Shown: piece by piece, positions 24,257 through 34,400 of the stretch
How positions within the stretch are numbered: position 1 is the first letter of the stretch
Layout: every line of letters begins with the position of its first letter
NCBI GenBank assembly: GCA_964629805.1
Contig: CAZVTW010000002.1
Location: 1-45,373, forward strand
Direction: 5' to 3'
Length of the DNA stretch: 45,373 nt
Source of the DNA: an uncultured Bacteroidales bacterium
Lineage (GTDB): Bacteria; Bacteroidota; Bacteroidia; Bacteroidales; CAZVTW01
Program-made: the position numbers and the translations under genes
The notes under the pieces: model-generated
Told to the model about the DNA's origin: nothing
Seen by the model: the letters and a program-made list of their open reading frames with translations, nothing else
The model's database searches: none

Positions 24257-25864
24257 TTATTCATTTTTATGATTTTTCTGAAACACATACAATGAAGCCG
24301 GCTTCACACCACGATTAAAAAATTCAATATGGGCATGTGATGTTTTCAGGTCAGATGTATGAACAGTTCCTGAGAGATCAGTATATCCGATTTCCTGTCC
24401 ATACAGGCCTTGGACGCCAACTGCAATAATTCCGGGAACTTCTGTCATATTCCACAATATATTTTTCACTTTTCCTTTGTAGGGTTCACTGTAGCCGGCT
24501 TTCCAGTTCCACAGAACAAGTCCCTGTGCATGCGCAGGAGGTAAATATTTTTTATTTCCGCCATGTTTCCAGGTAGCACAATAAATATTATCAAACAGGT
24601 TGTTAACACTCACACTGGCATGGCAATCTATTGCAGAAGGTTCTTCTGACCAGCAATTATGAAAAACATTTCCGGTGCATTGCCCGGTTATTGTGTATGT
24701 ATGCATTTGCTGCCCGCCTTTGAGATTAAACAGGAGATTAGCAGTTGATGCTCCGCCCAGTACAAATCCATTGTGCCCGGGATTTCCGCGAATCTGGCAA
24801 TCATACACCGAGCAATTTTTACTGTGCGACAGGCCTATAGCTGTTGAGGTGTTGGAATGAATAATTGAAAAAACACACGTGTTAACTGCATAACGAACTT
24901 TGATATGATCCCATCCGTTATCATGTATTGAGTTTTTATGATGATAAAAAGTCTCATGCCAGTCGGAGAGGAGGTGAAATCCGGCTACAACAACATTCCC
25001 GACCAGGTAGTCTGCCTCCCATAGTTCAGGGTGAAATTCGGGCCTCATGTCCCTGAATAATGGAATATCAGTCTTAATTTCATTTCCGTTGATTGCTGTA
25101 ACTTTAATATATTGCCTGTACCTGTGTTTTTCAAATCCATCCGGATTTAACCGTGCTTTTCCCCATCTTTTCAGCGGAAATGTCAGGTCTTTCAACAGGT
25201 TATTAGCAGAGTCTTCTTTCATTGTGAGTAAATACGTTTTCCCTGCTTCCAGATTATGTCCCGGATTGACAATCAGGCTGCGGCTGTTTTTGTGCCCTTT
25301 TGTTATATGCGCCATGGCATTAGCAGATTCTGCCGGATACCAGGTCGAATCTGAAGGGAGTTTACTAATCAGAAAAAAGCCGGGATATCGTCCTGCAAGC
25401 CATTTTTTTGTCTCGTCGTGATACCAGCTCGGAGCATGATCATGCAATGTGGTTCCGTCAGGACCTTCACCGGCTCCGAGAATAACAATATTGGATGAAG
25501 AAACAGTTACAAAACGTTTTTCAGTTGTGACATCAAAATCATAAACTCCCGCGGAGAATTTAACAACTCCCCTGCCTTCTTTTTCAACTGCATTGACAGT
25601 TGCCTGTATGGCATCAATATCATCCTTTCCATCATCCGGCAATGCTCCAAAACTATCAACATGAAATATTTTATATCCATCAGGAAATATCTGCGGCTGT
25701 TTCACTCCGTATTCATAACCGGCAAAAGAAAAATCCGCAAGCCGGGCCGAATAGGGATCATCAAGGTATTCTGACAGTATCTCCGGGTATTCATCGCAAT
25801 CAGAACTACAAGAAACGAGATAAATAAGGAGCAGACAATATAAAATCAAATTTCGCATAAACAT
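24257..25864 (-). CDS. Beta-helix lipoprotein of the pectate-lyase-3 / GH28-related superfamily; family unassigned
   Basis: Lipobox LIYLVSCSSD. N-terminal cap FHVDSFGALPDDGKDDIDAIQATVNAVEKEGRGVVKFSAGVYDF, then NIVILGAGEG, CSVYDCQIRGNPGHNGFVLGG, NVFHNCWSEEPSAIDCHAS, NNLFDNIY. Confidence 0.65.
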   Translation of the reverse strand: MFMRNLILYCLLLIYLVSCSSDCDEYPEILSEYLDDPYSARLADFSFAGYEYGVKQPQIFPDGYKIFHVDSFGALPDDGKDDIDAIQATVNAVEKEGRGVVKFSAGVYDFDVTTEKRFVTVSSSNIVILGAGEGPDGTTLHDHAPSWYHDETKKWLAGRYPGFFLISKLPSDSTWYPAESANAMAHITKGHKNSRSLIVNPGHNLEAGKTYLLTMKEDSANNLLKDLTFPLKRWGKARLNPDGFEKHRYRQYIKVTAINGNEIKTDIPLFRDMRPEFHPELWEADYLVGNVVVAGFHLLSDWHETFYHHKNSIHDNGWDHIKVRYAVNTCVFSIIHSNTSTAIGLSHSKNCSVYDCQIRGNPGHNGFVLGGASTANLLFNLKGGQQMHTYTITGQCTGNVFHNCWSEEPSAIDCHASVSVNNLFDNIYCATWKHGGNKKYLPPAHAQGLVLWNWKAGYSEPYKGKVKNILWNMTEVPGIIAVGVQGLYGQEIGYTDLSGTVHTSDLKTSHAHIEFFNRGVKPASLYVFQKNHKNE

Positions 25865-27967
25865 CTATTTTTTCCAGATACAAACTCCTGCCGGTTCCAG
25901 CTTTTTTTTACCAATAACAATTTTTGCTCCTTTATGAACCGGGGCTTCAACTGTATTGGAAGTATAGTTAACAGTTAACCAGCATCCATCGCGATATTCG
26001 GTGAAGACATAAGAAGGCAAATCCAGTATTTCAGCGCCTGCTGATAGGTATACCTGTTTTAATATTTCATACTCAAGTAATCCTTTCCCGGTCCAGACTC
26101 CAATGTAAGTAACACTCCCTTTTCCTGCCTTTCGTGAAACAACTACCGGCGAACCTGAATAAAACTGGTCTGTATGCTTTGCCAGGACTTCAGTTTTCTT
26201 GTCAGGAATCAGAATATCAGCCCAGACATTCCAGCGATATTCCTTTCCGTCCATAATGATTTCACCATATTTGCCAGGTGGCAGGTGGTCATAAAAATCC
26301 ACTTTAGCGCCTGTTAATTCCCAAACCGGTTCCTGTAACATCGCTTCATGAAGATGACCGTTGTTATCCTTCATTCCTGTTCTGCAGGAAAGTACCAGGT
26401 GACCGCCGTTTTCAACATATTCAGACCATTTTTTAATCAACGCTTTATTAACCAATGAGTATGCCGGGGCTATCATAAAAGGATAATTGTCCGGATCAAA
26501 TCGATCCTGTTCCCGGATCATGGAGACCTGACACCCCATTCTTTTTAAAGCATCATAGTATGTATAGTAATGCTGCCAGGTATCCCAGTTATTGGTATGC
26601 GGAAGATTTTCCATATCAAAAATATTTGATTGTTTCCAAAGAAAAGCCGTTTTCCTTGAAGTCCATTCTAATGGTTCCTGCTTTGGAATGTTATGGTTGA
26701 CAGAAATATTTTGAATTTCCCTGATTGTACTGATATATTCCTTCCCGCCATGAGAAAGTGTAAGCCCATCGGTTTCGAGGATTCCTTCATGAAATTGTTC
26801 ACTTCCGTAAAGTGGTTGCCTGAATCGATACGTACATACGAATTCATCTCCCAGTCCGAAACTATGCCAAAGCCACATCCTGACCGCACCCGGTAAAGGC
26901 CTGCTGTTCCATTTGCCCCAGTTAATCTGGCCTGGCTGAAGTTCCATAATCCCGGTCTTCCCTTCCACTGACCGGGCCAGCTCATTCGAAAAAGACAGCT
27001 CAAGCCCGCTGCCAAGGCGATGAGCCAAATCTCCATCAGGGTAGTTTAAAAATGTACTGAGCAGATACATGGTATGGGATGCGAAATCAAGATCGCCACG
27101 GTTACGAAACAGGTCAACAGAAGGCAAAAATTTGTAATATGCATAATTTGTTGTTATCCATTGATTATCAATCACAGAAGAATGAAGTATTTCAGCCTGG
27201 TATCTGATGTATGAAGCAAGTTCATCTGCTGTGAACCTTTTGAAATCCAGGAATGCTGTTGGATTTCCCCCGGCATTTTCAAGCTTGTTCGGTATTCTTA
27301 TTTGCTCAAAATTATTGTACAACTGACTCCAGAAAGCAGTTCCCCAGCTTTCGTTTAAATTTTCAACCGTTGTATACTTGTTTTTCAGCCATTTCCTGAA
27401 ATGCTTTTGTGCTGTTTCAGAATAATCATACAAATTTTTAAAATGTGGCTCATTATCTATCTGCCAACCACATACAATGGAATTTTGTCCATACCGTGCT
27501 GCTAATTTTCTGACAATTCTTTTGGCAAAAAACTGATATTTTTCGTTCATCCCATTAACATGCAGACGACCACCATGCCTCATTTTTGTTCCATGTTCAT
27601 CAACAGCAAGCACTTCCGGGTAATTCACTGTTAACCAAGCAGGCGGAGTGGGTGTTGGCGTACACATTATGACTTTAAGTCCATGTTTCCCGGCCAGTTG
27701 AACACATGTATCGAGCCAGCCGAATGTGAATTTACCTTCTTCAGGTTCCATCTTTGCCCAGGCAAATTCCCCAAAATGAGTGAATTCAAATCCCTCATCT
27801 GCTATTCTTTTAATATCCATTTCCCATTGGTTTTTATCCCAATGCTCAGGATAATAATAAACGCCAACAGGCATAAGTGATTTTGATGGTATAATATTAT
27901 CCTGTGATTTGAGTGGGATGCCAACCAATAGAAAAAGAGAGATAATAATATATTTAATCATGTTCAT
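25865..27967 (-). CDS. GH42 family beta-galactosidase, secreted (second canonical copy)
   Basis: YYYPEHWDKNQWEMDIKRIADEGFEFTHFGEFAWAKMEPEEGKFTFGWLD, CTPTPTPPAWL, WQIDNEPHF, IMELQPGQINWG, YPFMIAPAYSLVNKALIKKWSEYVENGGHLVLSCRTG. Signal peptide present. Confidence 0.9.
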   Translation of the reverse strand: MNMIKYIIISLFLLVGIPLKSQDNIIPSKSLMPVGVYYYPEHWDKNQWEMDIKRIADEGFEFTHFGEFAWAKMEPEEGKFTFGWLDTCVQLAGKHGLKVIMCTPTPTPPAWLTVNYPEVLAVDEHGTKMRHGGRLHVNGMNEKYQFFAKRIVRKLAARYGQNSIVCGWQIDNEPHFKNLYDYSETAQKHFRKWLKNKYTTVENLNESWGTAFWSQLYNNFEQIRIPNKLENAGGNPTAFLDFKRFTADELASYIRYQAEILHSSVIDNQWITTNYAYYKFLPSVDLFRNRGDLDFASHTMYLLSTFLNYPDGDLAHRLGSGLELSFSNELARSVEGKTGIMELQPGQINWGKWNSRPLPGAVRMWLWHSFGLGDEFVCTYRFRQPLYGSEQFHEGILETDGLTLSHGGKEYISTIREIQNISVNHNIPKQEPLEWTSRKTAFLWKQSNIFDMENLPHTNNWDTWQHYYTYYDALKRMGCQVSMIREQDRFDPDNYPFMIAPAYSLVNKALIKKWSEYVENGGHLVLSCRTGMKDNNGHLHEAMLQEPVWELTGAKVDFYDHLPPGKYGEIIMDGKEYRWNVWADILIPDKKTEVLAKHTDQFYSGSPVVVSRKAGKGSVTYIGVWTGKGLLEYEILKQVYLSAGAEILDLPSYVFTEYRDGCWLTVNYTSNTVEAPVHKGAKIVIGKKKLEPAGVCIWKK

Positions 27968-29088
27968 TGATTATATGTTTTAAAGGAAAAAGATATGTCT
28001 TTAAGTATTTTCTTATCCTGATCTAATATTCTGATGTTGCTGTTTTTCCTGCCAGGAATAATATCCCCAATATTTTGCACGGGTTTATCTATTGTTGTTA
28101 GCAGCAGGTAATACGACTTTGTCACTGTTTCACCTGCATCTAAAAAAGTGAAAGAGCTTTGGCCATGAAACCTTGTGTCAAGTTTCAGCAAATCCTGATA
28201 AGGACGACCAATCCCGGTGGTGCCAAACTCCAGTCCCTTTGCAACAGGATTCCCTGTGCTGTCGGTTTGGTGCCAGATATTGAGCCAGGGATGTTCATCG
28301 GTTGAAAATACATAAGCAAGCAAAAGCTTCGAATTTGGATCATAAGCGCTAACCCAGCCCATGGTATCACTAAATATATGCGTTGTTACATAGTTTATAT
28401 CAATATTGCTTCTTCTTAAATCAATAATCGTACTATCACTTTTTACGGCAAAAGGCCAGTTATATTCATTTTCACATGGATTCGGATAAGAGCATTCTTG
28501 TAAAAAGCCTTTATCTGCATTGGTATTGATGACAGTAGAATCATTCAAAAAGGGCGGCCCTATCGTAGGGTGTTGGACAATATTATTGAATCTGCCAACT
28601 GTTGAAAAATTTTTGACAGTTTCGCGGGCAAAAACAACCGGTTTGTTGTGGTCTATATGAAATTCCCGTTTCACATACATATGATCAAGCGGGGCATTAC
28701 AATCCACAATAAAGCTATGTTTTTTTTTCTGAACAATGTTCCACCATTGGTTTGAAGCCTGTCCGTTATGCGGGACGCCAGCCTGCATTTCGCCTTTTGT
28801 GGGAGCGCCCCACCTTCCAAGGCATACAAAATGTCCCCTGAAGGCAGCGCCTTGTTTATTATTTTCAGGCATTTGTTCTGAGGTGAGTTCCCAGGTAAAA
28901 GGATTAATATCAGTTCCGAAAAGACGGAAGTCAATGATGGCGCCACCATACCTGTCAAAAATCATTCTGGCAGATTCGTTTTGTATCATTATCTTCCTGT
29001 TCCTGTTATTATTGGAACATTGCGTAATGACCAAGAACAAAAAAATCAACAGAGCAGAAAGGTTTAGATATTTCTTCTTTATTCTCAT
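27964..29088 (-). CDS. Lipoprotein with a galactose-mutarotase-like (aldose 1-epimerase superfamily) fold
   Basis: Lipobox FLVITQCSNN. ARMIFDRYGGAIIDFRL...NPFTW, FRGHFVCLGRWGAPTKGEMQAGVPHNGQASNQWW and LEFGTTGIG resemble the mutarotase-like pattern (GH.xC..FG ... G..HGE ... W). 4-bp ATGA overlap with the next gene. Confidence 0.5.
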   Translation of the reverse strand: MRIKKKYLNLSALLIFLFLVITQCSNNNRNRKIMIQNESARMIFDRYGGAIIDFRLFGTDINPFTWELTSEQMPENNKQGAAFRGHFVCLGRWGAPTKGEMQAGVPHNGQASNQWWNIVQKKKHSFIVDCNAPLDHMYVKREFHIDHNKPVVFARETVKNFSTVGRFNNIVQHPTIGPPFLNDSTVINTNADKGFLQECSYPNPCENEYNWPFAVKSDSTIIDLRRSNIDINYVTTHIFSDTMGWVSAYDPNSKLLLAYVFSTDEHPWLNIWHQTDSTGNPVAKGLEFGTTGIGRPYQDLLKLDTRFHGQSSFTFLDAGETVTKSYYLLLTTIDKPVQNIGDIIPGRKNSNIRILDQDKKILKDISFSFKTYNQ

Positions 29089-29090
29089 CC

Positions 29091-31127
29091 TTATTCTTTA
29101 AAAACAGGCAAATATCCTGAATAATCAACGCAATATACATTCTCGTTTTCATCCCGGAGTTGCAGCACAGAATTATTCAAACTGAAGGCCGGGCCTGAAT
29201 AGACCGGCCAGTGTTTTTGCAAATTAACCGTTTTCCCGTTCACTGCCCATGTTGCCAGGCGCTCATGGCCTTTTCCTGACGGCCATTCAGGTTGTTGAAA
29301 CGGCGGAACAGACTGTATGAGTTGGGGAGTCTCCGGGCCATATCCCCAGTCATAAAGAGGTTCGGTAAAACTGCCGGAAATTCCGTAGGTCGCTTCAATT
29401 ACATCTCCTGAGACAGATTGATACACTATTGAATGTTCATTTTTTAATGCTGTAAGGTCTAATGAGGATTTCTTCATGACAGAATCAATAAAATGTTGAA
29501 AATTTCCAAAATTCCCGCTGTCTCCTGTCTCCATTACAATTCCGGCTGTGAGACCCGGCGGTGCAAAGTCCATTATAAGATTCCCTTCTAATTGAGGAAC
29601 GGAATTGAATGAACGAATAGCAAGAAAAGACTTTTCAAGCTCTACAAAAAGCATTTTATCTTTCAACTTTATATTTCGTGGTGTATGAATAAACAAATAA
29701 CATCCGTTTCCTTTTTTGCTTGTATTCCCCGATTCCATAAATTTCACCGGATACAGATGCTTATTTCTGATTTTCTCATCATCACGCCCGTAACGTTTAA
29801 TAAAATCTCTCTTCCAGCGTTGAGCCCATACTTTAATGGTATCTTCTATCTGTTCGTAGATTTCACCGGCATTTTTTGGCATGTTATTCATCTGGATAAG
29901 CACATTTTTGTGCTGAACAGTCTGTAACCATGGATTTCTTACTTTTCCCTGCCTGTCCGGGTAAAAAGTACCCCCACCTGTGACCAAATCCGGATTTTTA
30001 CCCTGCCCGGAATCAACCCTTGATACCAGTTTCCATGTTACGTTTTTATAAGCAGCGGTTGTGAATGCTCCATAAGGATAATAAGCTGTTCCCAGGGTAA
30101 AGTTATGACTGATATAAAAATGCTGTTTGATGTATGACGCTTTAGCCAGCAGATACGATGGCTTGCTGTTTTTGTAAAAAGCCGGAACATGAATACGTTT
30201 CATTGCCAGAGGGCGTGCAATTTCCGGTGGCCGGTAATTACTTGTAGCAGCATGCACAACCTGCAAGGGATGCTTGTTTTTTTTGTCATTGAAAAAATTT
30301 TTATCTATGGGTTTAGGAGAATCGTTGTACCAGAGCCATGCCAGGTAATCGGTTTCCGTATGACAGGCTTTGGTTGTTGGCGCTCCCCTGGATTCAGAGC
30401 CACCGGTCATTCCCTGTGTGTAGTGAAGGGCAATTTCAACAGCGTAGTAATCAAGCACAGCCTTGGCCATCAGTCGCACTTCATTATCATCAGCAAAATC
30501 AAACAGATTTAACCATCCAATGATGTTGAAAATCCCGTAAGTACCGGCATTAAATTCACCTGCACCAACTTCATAAATCCGTTTGGAATAATACCGGATC
30601 CATTTTTTCATCATCTGTTTAAATTGAAGTGCTTTGGGATACCTTTCAGGATATTTTTCCATGATTTGAGCAAAAATATACCCACTTGTCCTGCTCATGC
30701 TAATATGGTTTTCCGTGCCTTCACATGTCCATGGGTTATAACTGTCGTGCCTGTTGTATACGTTGTTCAGGTAATCAAACCGGTATTTTTCCATTTCAGG
30801 GGCATGGGGGAACAATGGCATTAACCTGGCCATGCCAACCAGGATAAAATGAAAGGGATTTCTCTCAACAAATTCATCAAGAGCAATATACGAGTTAGCT
30901 ACAGTGTCGTCAATGCCATATTTTTGTAGCCTGGCAATTGTTACAGGCCAGTAGACTTTTTCAGGATCCATATAATTTGGCCTGGGAACCTGGTAGATAT
31001 CAGCAGCAAAATTAATAATATATTCCGCCCGGGCATGGAAAGGCTTTTGTCCATAAAGGACGGGGTGAAAAATCATGGGAAATAAATACAGCAATAAGCA
31101 AAATATTGTTTTGTAAGGCATTGTCAT
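29091..31127 (-). CDS. Secreted 678-aa protein of unknown family, first gene of the operon. Possibly a helical N-half plus a beta-rich C-half.
   Basis: Signal peptide (MTMPYKTIFCLLLYLFPMIFHPVLYGQ). Long uninterrupted ORF, 2-nt gap to the next gene. I recognise no family motif. Notable segments: WTCEGTENHISMSR and EFNAGTYGIFN. Confidence 0.7.
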   Translation of the reverse strand: MTMPYKTIFCLLLYLFPMIFHPVLYGQKPFHARAEYIINFAADIYQVPRPNYMDPEKVYWPVTIARLQKYGIDDTVANSYIALDEFVERNPFHFILVGMARLMPLFPHAPEMEKYRFDYLNNVYNRHDSYNPWTCEGTENHISMSRTSGYIFAQIMEKYPERYPKALQFKQMMKKWIRYYSKRIYEVGAGEFNAGTYGIFNIIGWLNLFDFADDNEVRLMAKAVLDYYAVEIALHYTQGMTGGSESRGAPTTKACHTETDYLAWLWYNDSPKPIDKNFFNDKKNKHPLQVVHAATSNYRPPEIARPLAMKRIHVPAFYKNSKPSYLLAKASYIKQHFYISHNFTLGTAYYPYGAFTTAAYKNVTWKLVSRVDSGQGKNPDLVTGGGTFYPDRQGKVRNPWLQTVQHKNVLIQMNNMPKNAGEIYEQIEDTIKVWAQRWKRDFIKRYGRDDEKIRNKHLYPVKFMESGNTSKKGNGCYLFIHTPRNIKLKDKMLFVELEKSFLAIRSFNSVPQLEGNLIMDFAPPGLTAGIVMETGDSGNFGNFQHFIDSVMKKSSLDLTALKNEHSIVYQSVSGDVIEATYGISGSFTEPLYDWGYGPETPQLIQSVPPFQQPEWPSGKGHERLATWAVNGKTVNLQKHWPVYSGPAFSLNNSVLQLRDENENVYCVDYSGYLPVFKE

Positions 31128-31147
31128 TTTTTAACTTATAAGGATCA

Positions 31148-31155
31148 CAAAAATA
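31148..31155 (-). promoter_or_regulatory. Candidate -7 box (TAttTTTG on the minus strand) for the six-gene operon
   Basis: Plus-strand caaaaata at 31148-31155, 21 nt upstream of ATG 31127. Motif match only. Confidence 0.3.
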
Positions 31156-31492
31156 ACGATACAAACAATTAAGACCATGTAAACAATCTCCAAAGATGAT
31201 ATTTTATTGATATCATCATTTCCTGTTACTTTTCTGAAAAGGCGTTCTAAGTTCATACATCGAAATTTTTTGTAAAATAAGCCTGTATTGAATTAAATGA
31301 TGTGGAAAAAATTCCTGTTTTTGGAGAAAAATATACCTTCATTCAAATTCAGATATTCAAAACATGGTCTGTAAACCATTCATAAGAAGAATGATGCTGT
31401 AATAGGGTAAGAATATTATATAGCGACATAGAATCGAACAAAAAATCCATCTAAGGTTATTAATTTGGTTTAAAAAATGAACCGGGGCGAAT

Positions 31493-34400
31493 TTATTGAT
31501 TTGAAGTAGCAAATGAACTTGGTGTTTTCCCAAATTTTTTGTTAAAGCATTTACTGAAATATTGGGGATCATTAAATCCAACTTCATAAGCGACTTCTGA
31601 TACCGTCATTTGATTTTGTTCAAGGAGTTGTGCGGCTCGTTTCAGCCTGATATTCCTGATAAATTCATTGGCAGACTGGCCGATAATGGCATCCATCTTT
31701 CTGTAAAGTACCGACCGGCTCATGCCCATCTCCGAAACAAAAACTGATACATCAAAATCAGAATCACTGACATGACTTTCGACTATGGACATGGCTTTTT
31801 TAATAAACTTTTCCTGGACAGTTTCAACTTTTTTGTTTTCCGGCCGGATTAAAATATCATTCTGAAGTTTTCTTTGTTGATTTTTTCTTGATTCAATGAT
31901 ATTGACAATTTTTGAAAATAGTATTCTCGGGTTAAAAGGTTTTATAATGTAATCTTCAGCTCCTGCCTCAATTCCTTCAACTACATGCTCTTCTGCTGTT
32001 TTGGCTGTCAACAAAATGACAGGAATATGATTTGTAATTTTGTCATTCCTGACTTTGTCAAGGAATTCCAGTCCGTCCATGACGGGCATCATTATATCAC
32101 TGATAATTAAATCAGGAAGATCATTTTTTGCAATCTCATAGCCTTGCAAACCATTTTCTGCTTCAAGAATATTAAACCTTGGACAGAGATTAAAACGTAT
32201 AAATTGCCTCAATTCGGCATTGTCTTCAACAACCAGTAATGTTGGGAATGATTCCCTTTTCATATCTGTTTCAGTAACCAGAGTATCTTCATCCCGGTCA
32301 AAGTCATCATTGAACAACTCATACAATTCCCGGTTTTTGTGCTGTGTTTCAGGCACTGTATCAGTTTCGACAATCTGTTCGTCTTTATATACAGCTTTTT
32401 CCAAAGGGAGGAAAACAATAAATTTTGTACCGACACCTTCTTTACTCTCAACGAAAATTTTCCCCTTATGTAGCTCCACAAGTTCTTTGGTCAGGGAAAG
32501 CCCTATTCCGGAGCCAAGTCTTTGATTTTTCAGCTCTTTTGATTTTGATGAATCATCAATTTGGTAAAAACGCTGAAATATTTTCGACAATCTTTCTTTG
32601 CTGATTCCGGCGCCATTGTCCTCTACGATAACTTCAAGGGTTTTGGGCCCGCTTGTAGCTACCTGCCCGTCCGAATCATTATCATGTGAATATATTGCGG
32701 TGGCTGAAAAGGTCACTTTTCCGTTGTCCGGAGTGAACTTAAAGGCATTAGAAAGAAGGTTGTAAAAAATCTTATCCAGTTTATCCCTGTCGAAATAAGC
32801 CATGAGACTATCTGTATTGGAAATAAACCTGTAATTTATTTTATGTTCGGAGGCAAAATCATCATATATCATTTTCATTTCCTGAAAAAAGGCAATGATG
32901 TCACCCTTAGCTACTTCTAATTTCAGGTTGCCGGTTTCAATCCTTCTGAATTCCATCAATTGATTAATCAGCCTTAAAAGGCGCTGGGCATTTTGATGAA
33001 TATTTCGTAATTGTTTCCCAATCATTTCAGAAATATCGCCATGATGGATGATATTCTCCAGCGGACCAATAATAAGTGTTAACGGTGTTCTGAATTCGTG
33101 AGAAATATTGGTAAAGAATCTGAGTTTCATTTGATTTACTTCCTCAATCTTTTTCCTTTCTATATCTTTAAGCATCAGATCATGTTTGATTTTTTGCCTG
33201 TTTATGAGATAACTCCTGAAAGACAGTAATAAACCAACAGTGGCAAGAACATATAATATATAAGCTATTGTGGTCTTATAAAAAGGCGGTAGAATTGTTA
33301 TTTTTAATGTAGCAGGTGTCTTATTCCACTTCCCGTCATTATTTGATCCCATAACTTTGAAAACATATTCACCCGGGTCAAGATTTGTGTATGTTGCTGT
33401 CCGTTTTGTACCGACATTATTCCATTCCCCGGAAAATCCCTCAAGCTTGTACCTGTATTGGTTTTTACGTGGTGAAGTGTAATTCAGCGCGGTATATTCA
33501 AGGGTAAAAACAGACCTGAATGGTAGGGTTATTTCATCGGTCAGACTGATATGTTTTTTTAGCGGTGAATCTTCTGCATTAATATTCACCTGCTTATTTG
33601 ATAATAAAAAATCAGTAATCAGAACAGGCGGAATATGCGGATTATCCTTAATGCTGTCCGGAACAAAAACATTAAATCCATTAATACCACCAAAATAGAA
33701 TTCCTGAGAGTCGGTTTTCAATGAAGCCGAATACGAAAACTGATTGCTTTGCAGTCCGTCGCTTACATCATAATTTTTAATATCATATGTGTCCGGATTA
33801 AATCTCGACAATCCTTTATTTGAACTCAGCCATAAGAAACCATTGTTATCTTCCTGAATCTGGTGTATTGAATTATTTGGGAGACCATCATTTGTTGTAT
33901 ATCTAAAGATACTATCTTTTTCAGGGATGTATTTGAGTAATCCGCCTCCTTCGGTTGCAATCCAGATAACATCACCTTTCATGTTTTCATAAATACATCT
34001 GACATCAAAAGAAAAATGAAGATTTTCATCAGCATTTCGTGGATTTAATAGCTTTACATCCCGCTTTCCGTTAATTTTGGCAACATAATTACTTCCTATC
34101 CACATATTATTATTTTTGTCGTAAAAAAGGGTAATGATTCTGTCGGCCAGTTGCATTGTATCTGTTTCAAGCGACACATGTTCAAAATTTGATGTTTCCG
34201 GGTCAAATATTGAGAGGCCTCCCAGTGTAGCTATCCATAGATTACCATATTTATCTTCTTCAATATCCCAGACATTATTATTCGTTATTGATGTACTATC
34301 AACAGGATTATGTTTAAAAATCTCAGAATAATTGTTTACTACATCAAATTTATTGAGTCCGCCTGCATATGTACCGGCCCATAAAACACCATCATCATCA

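Noticed and set aside
31357-31587. 76-aa minus-strand ORF overlapping the 3' end of the HTCS gene
   Set aside because: It overlaps the AraC-type HTH coding region in another frame and continues into AT-rich intergenic DNA. There is no motif.
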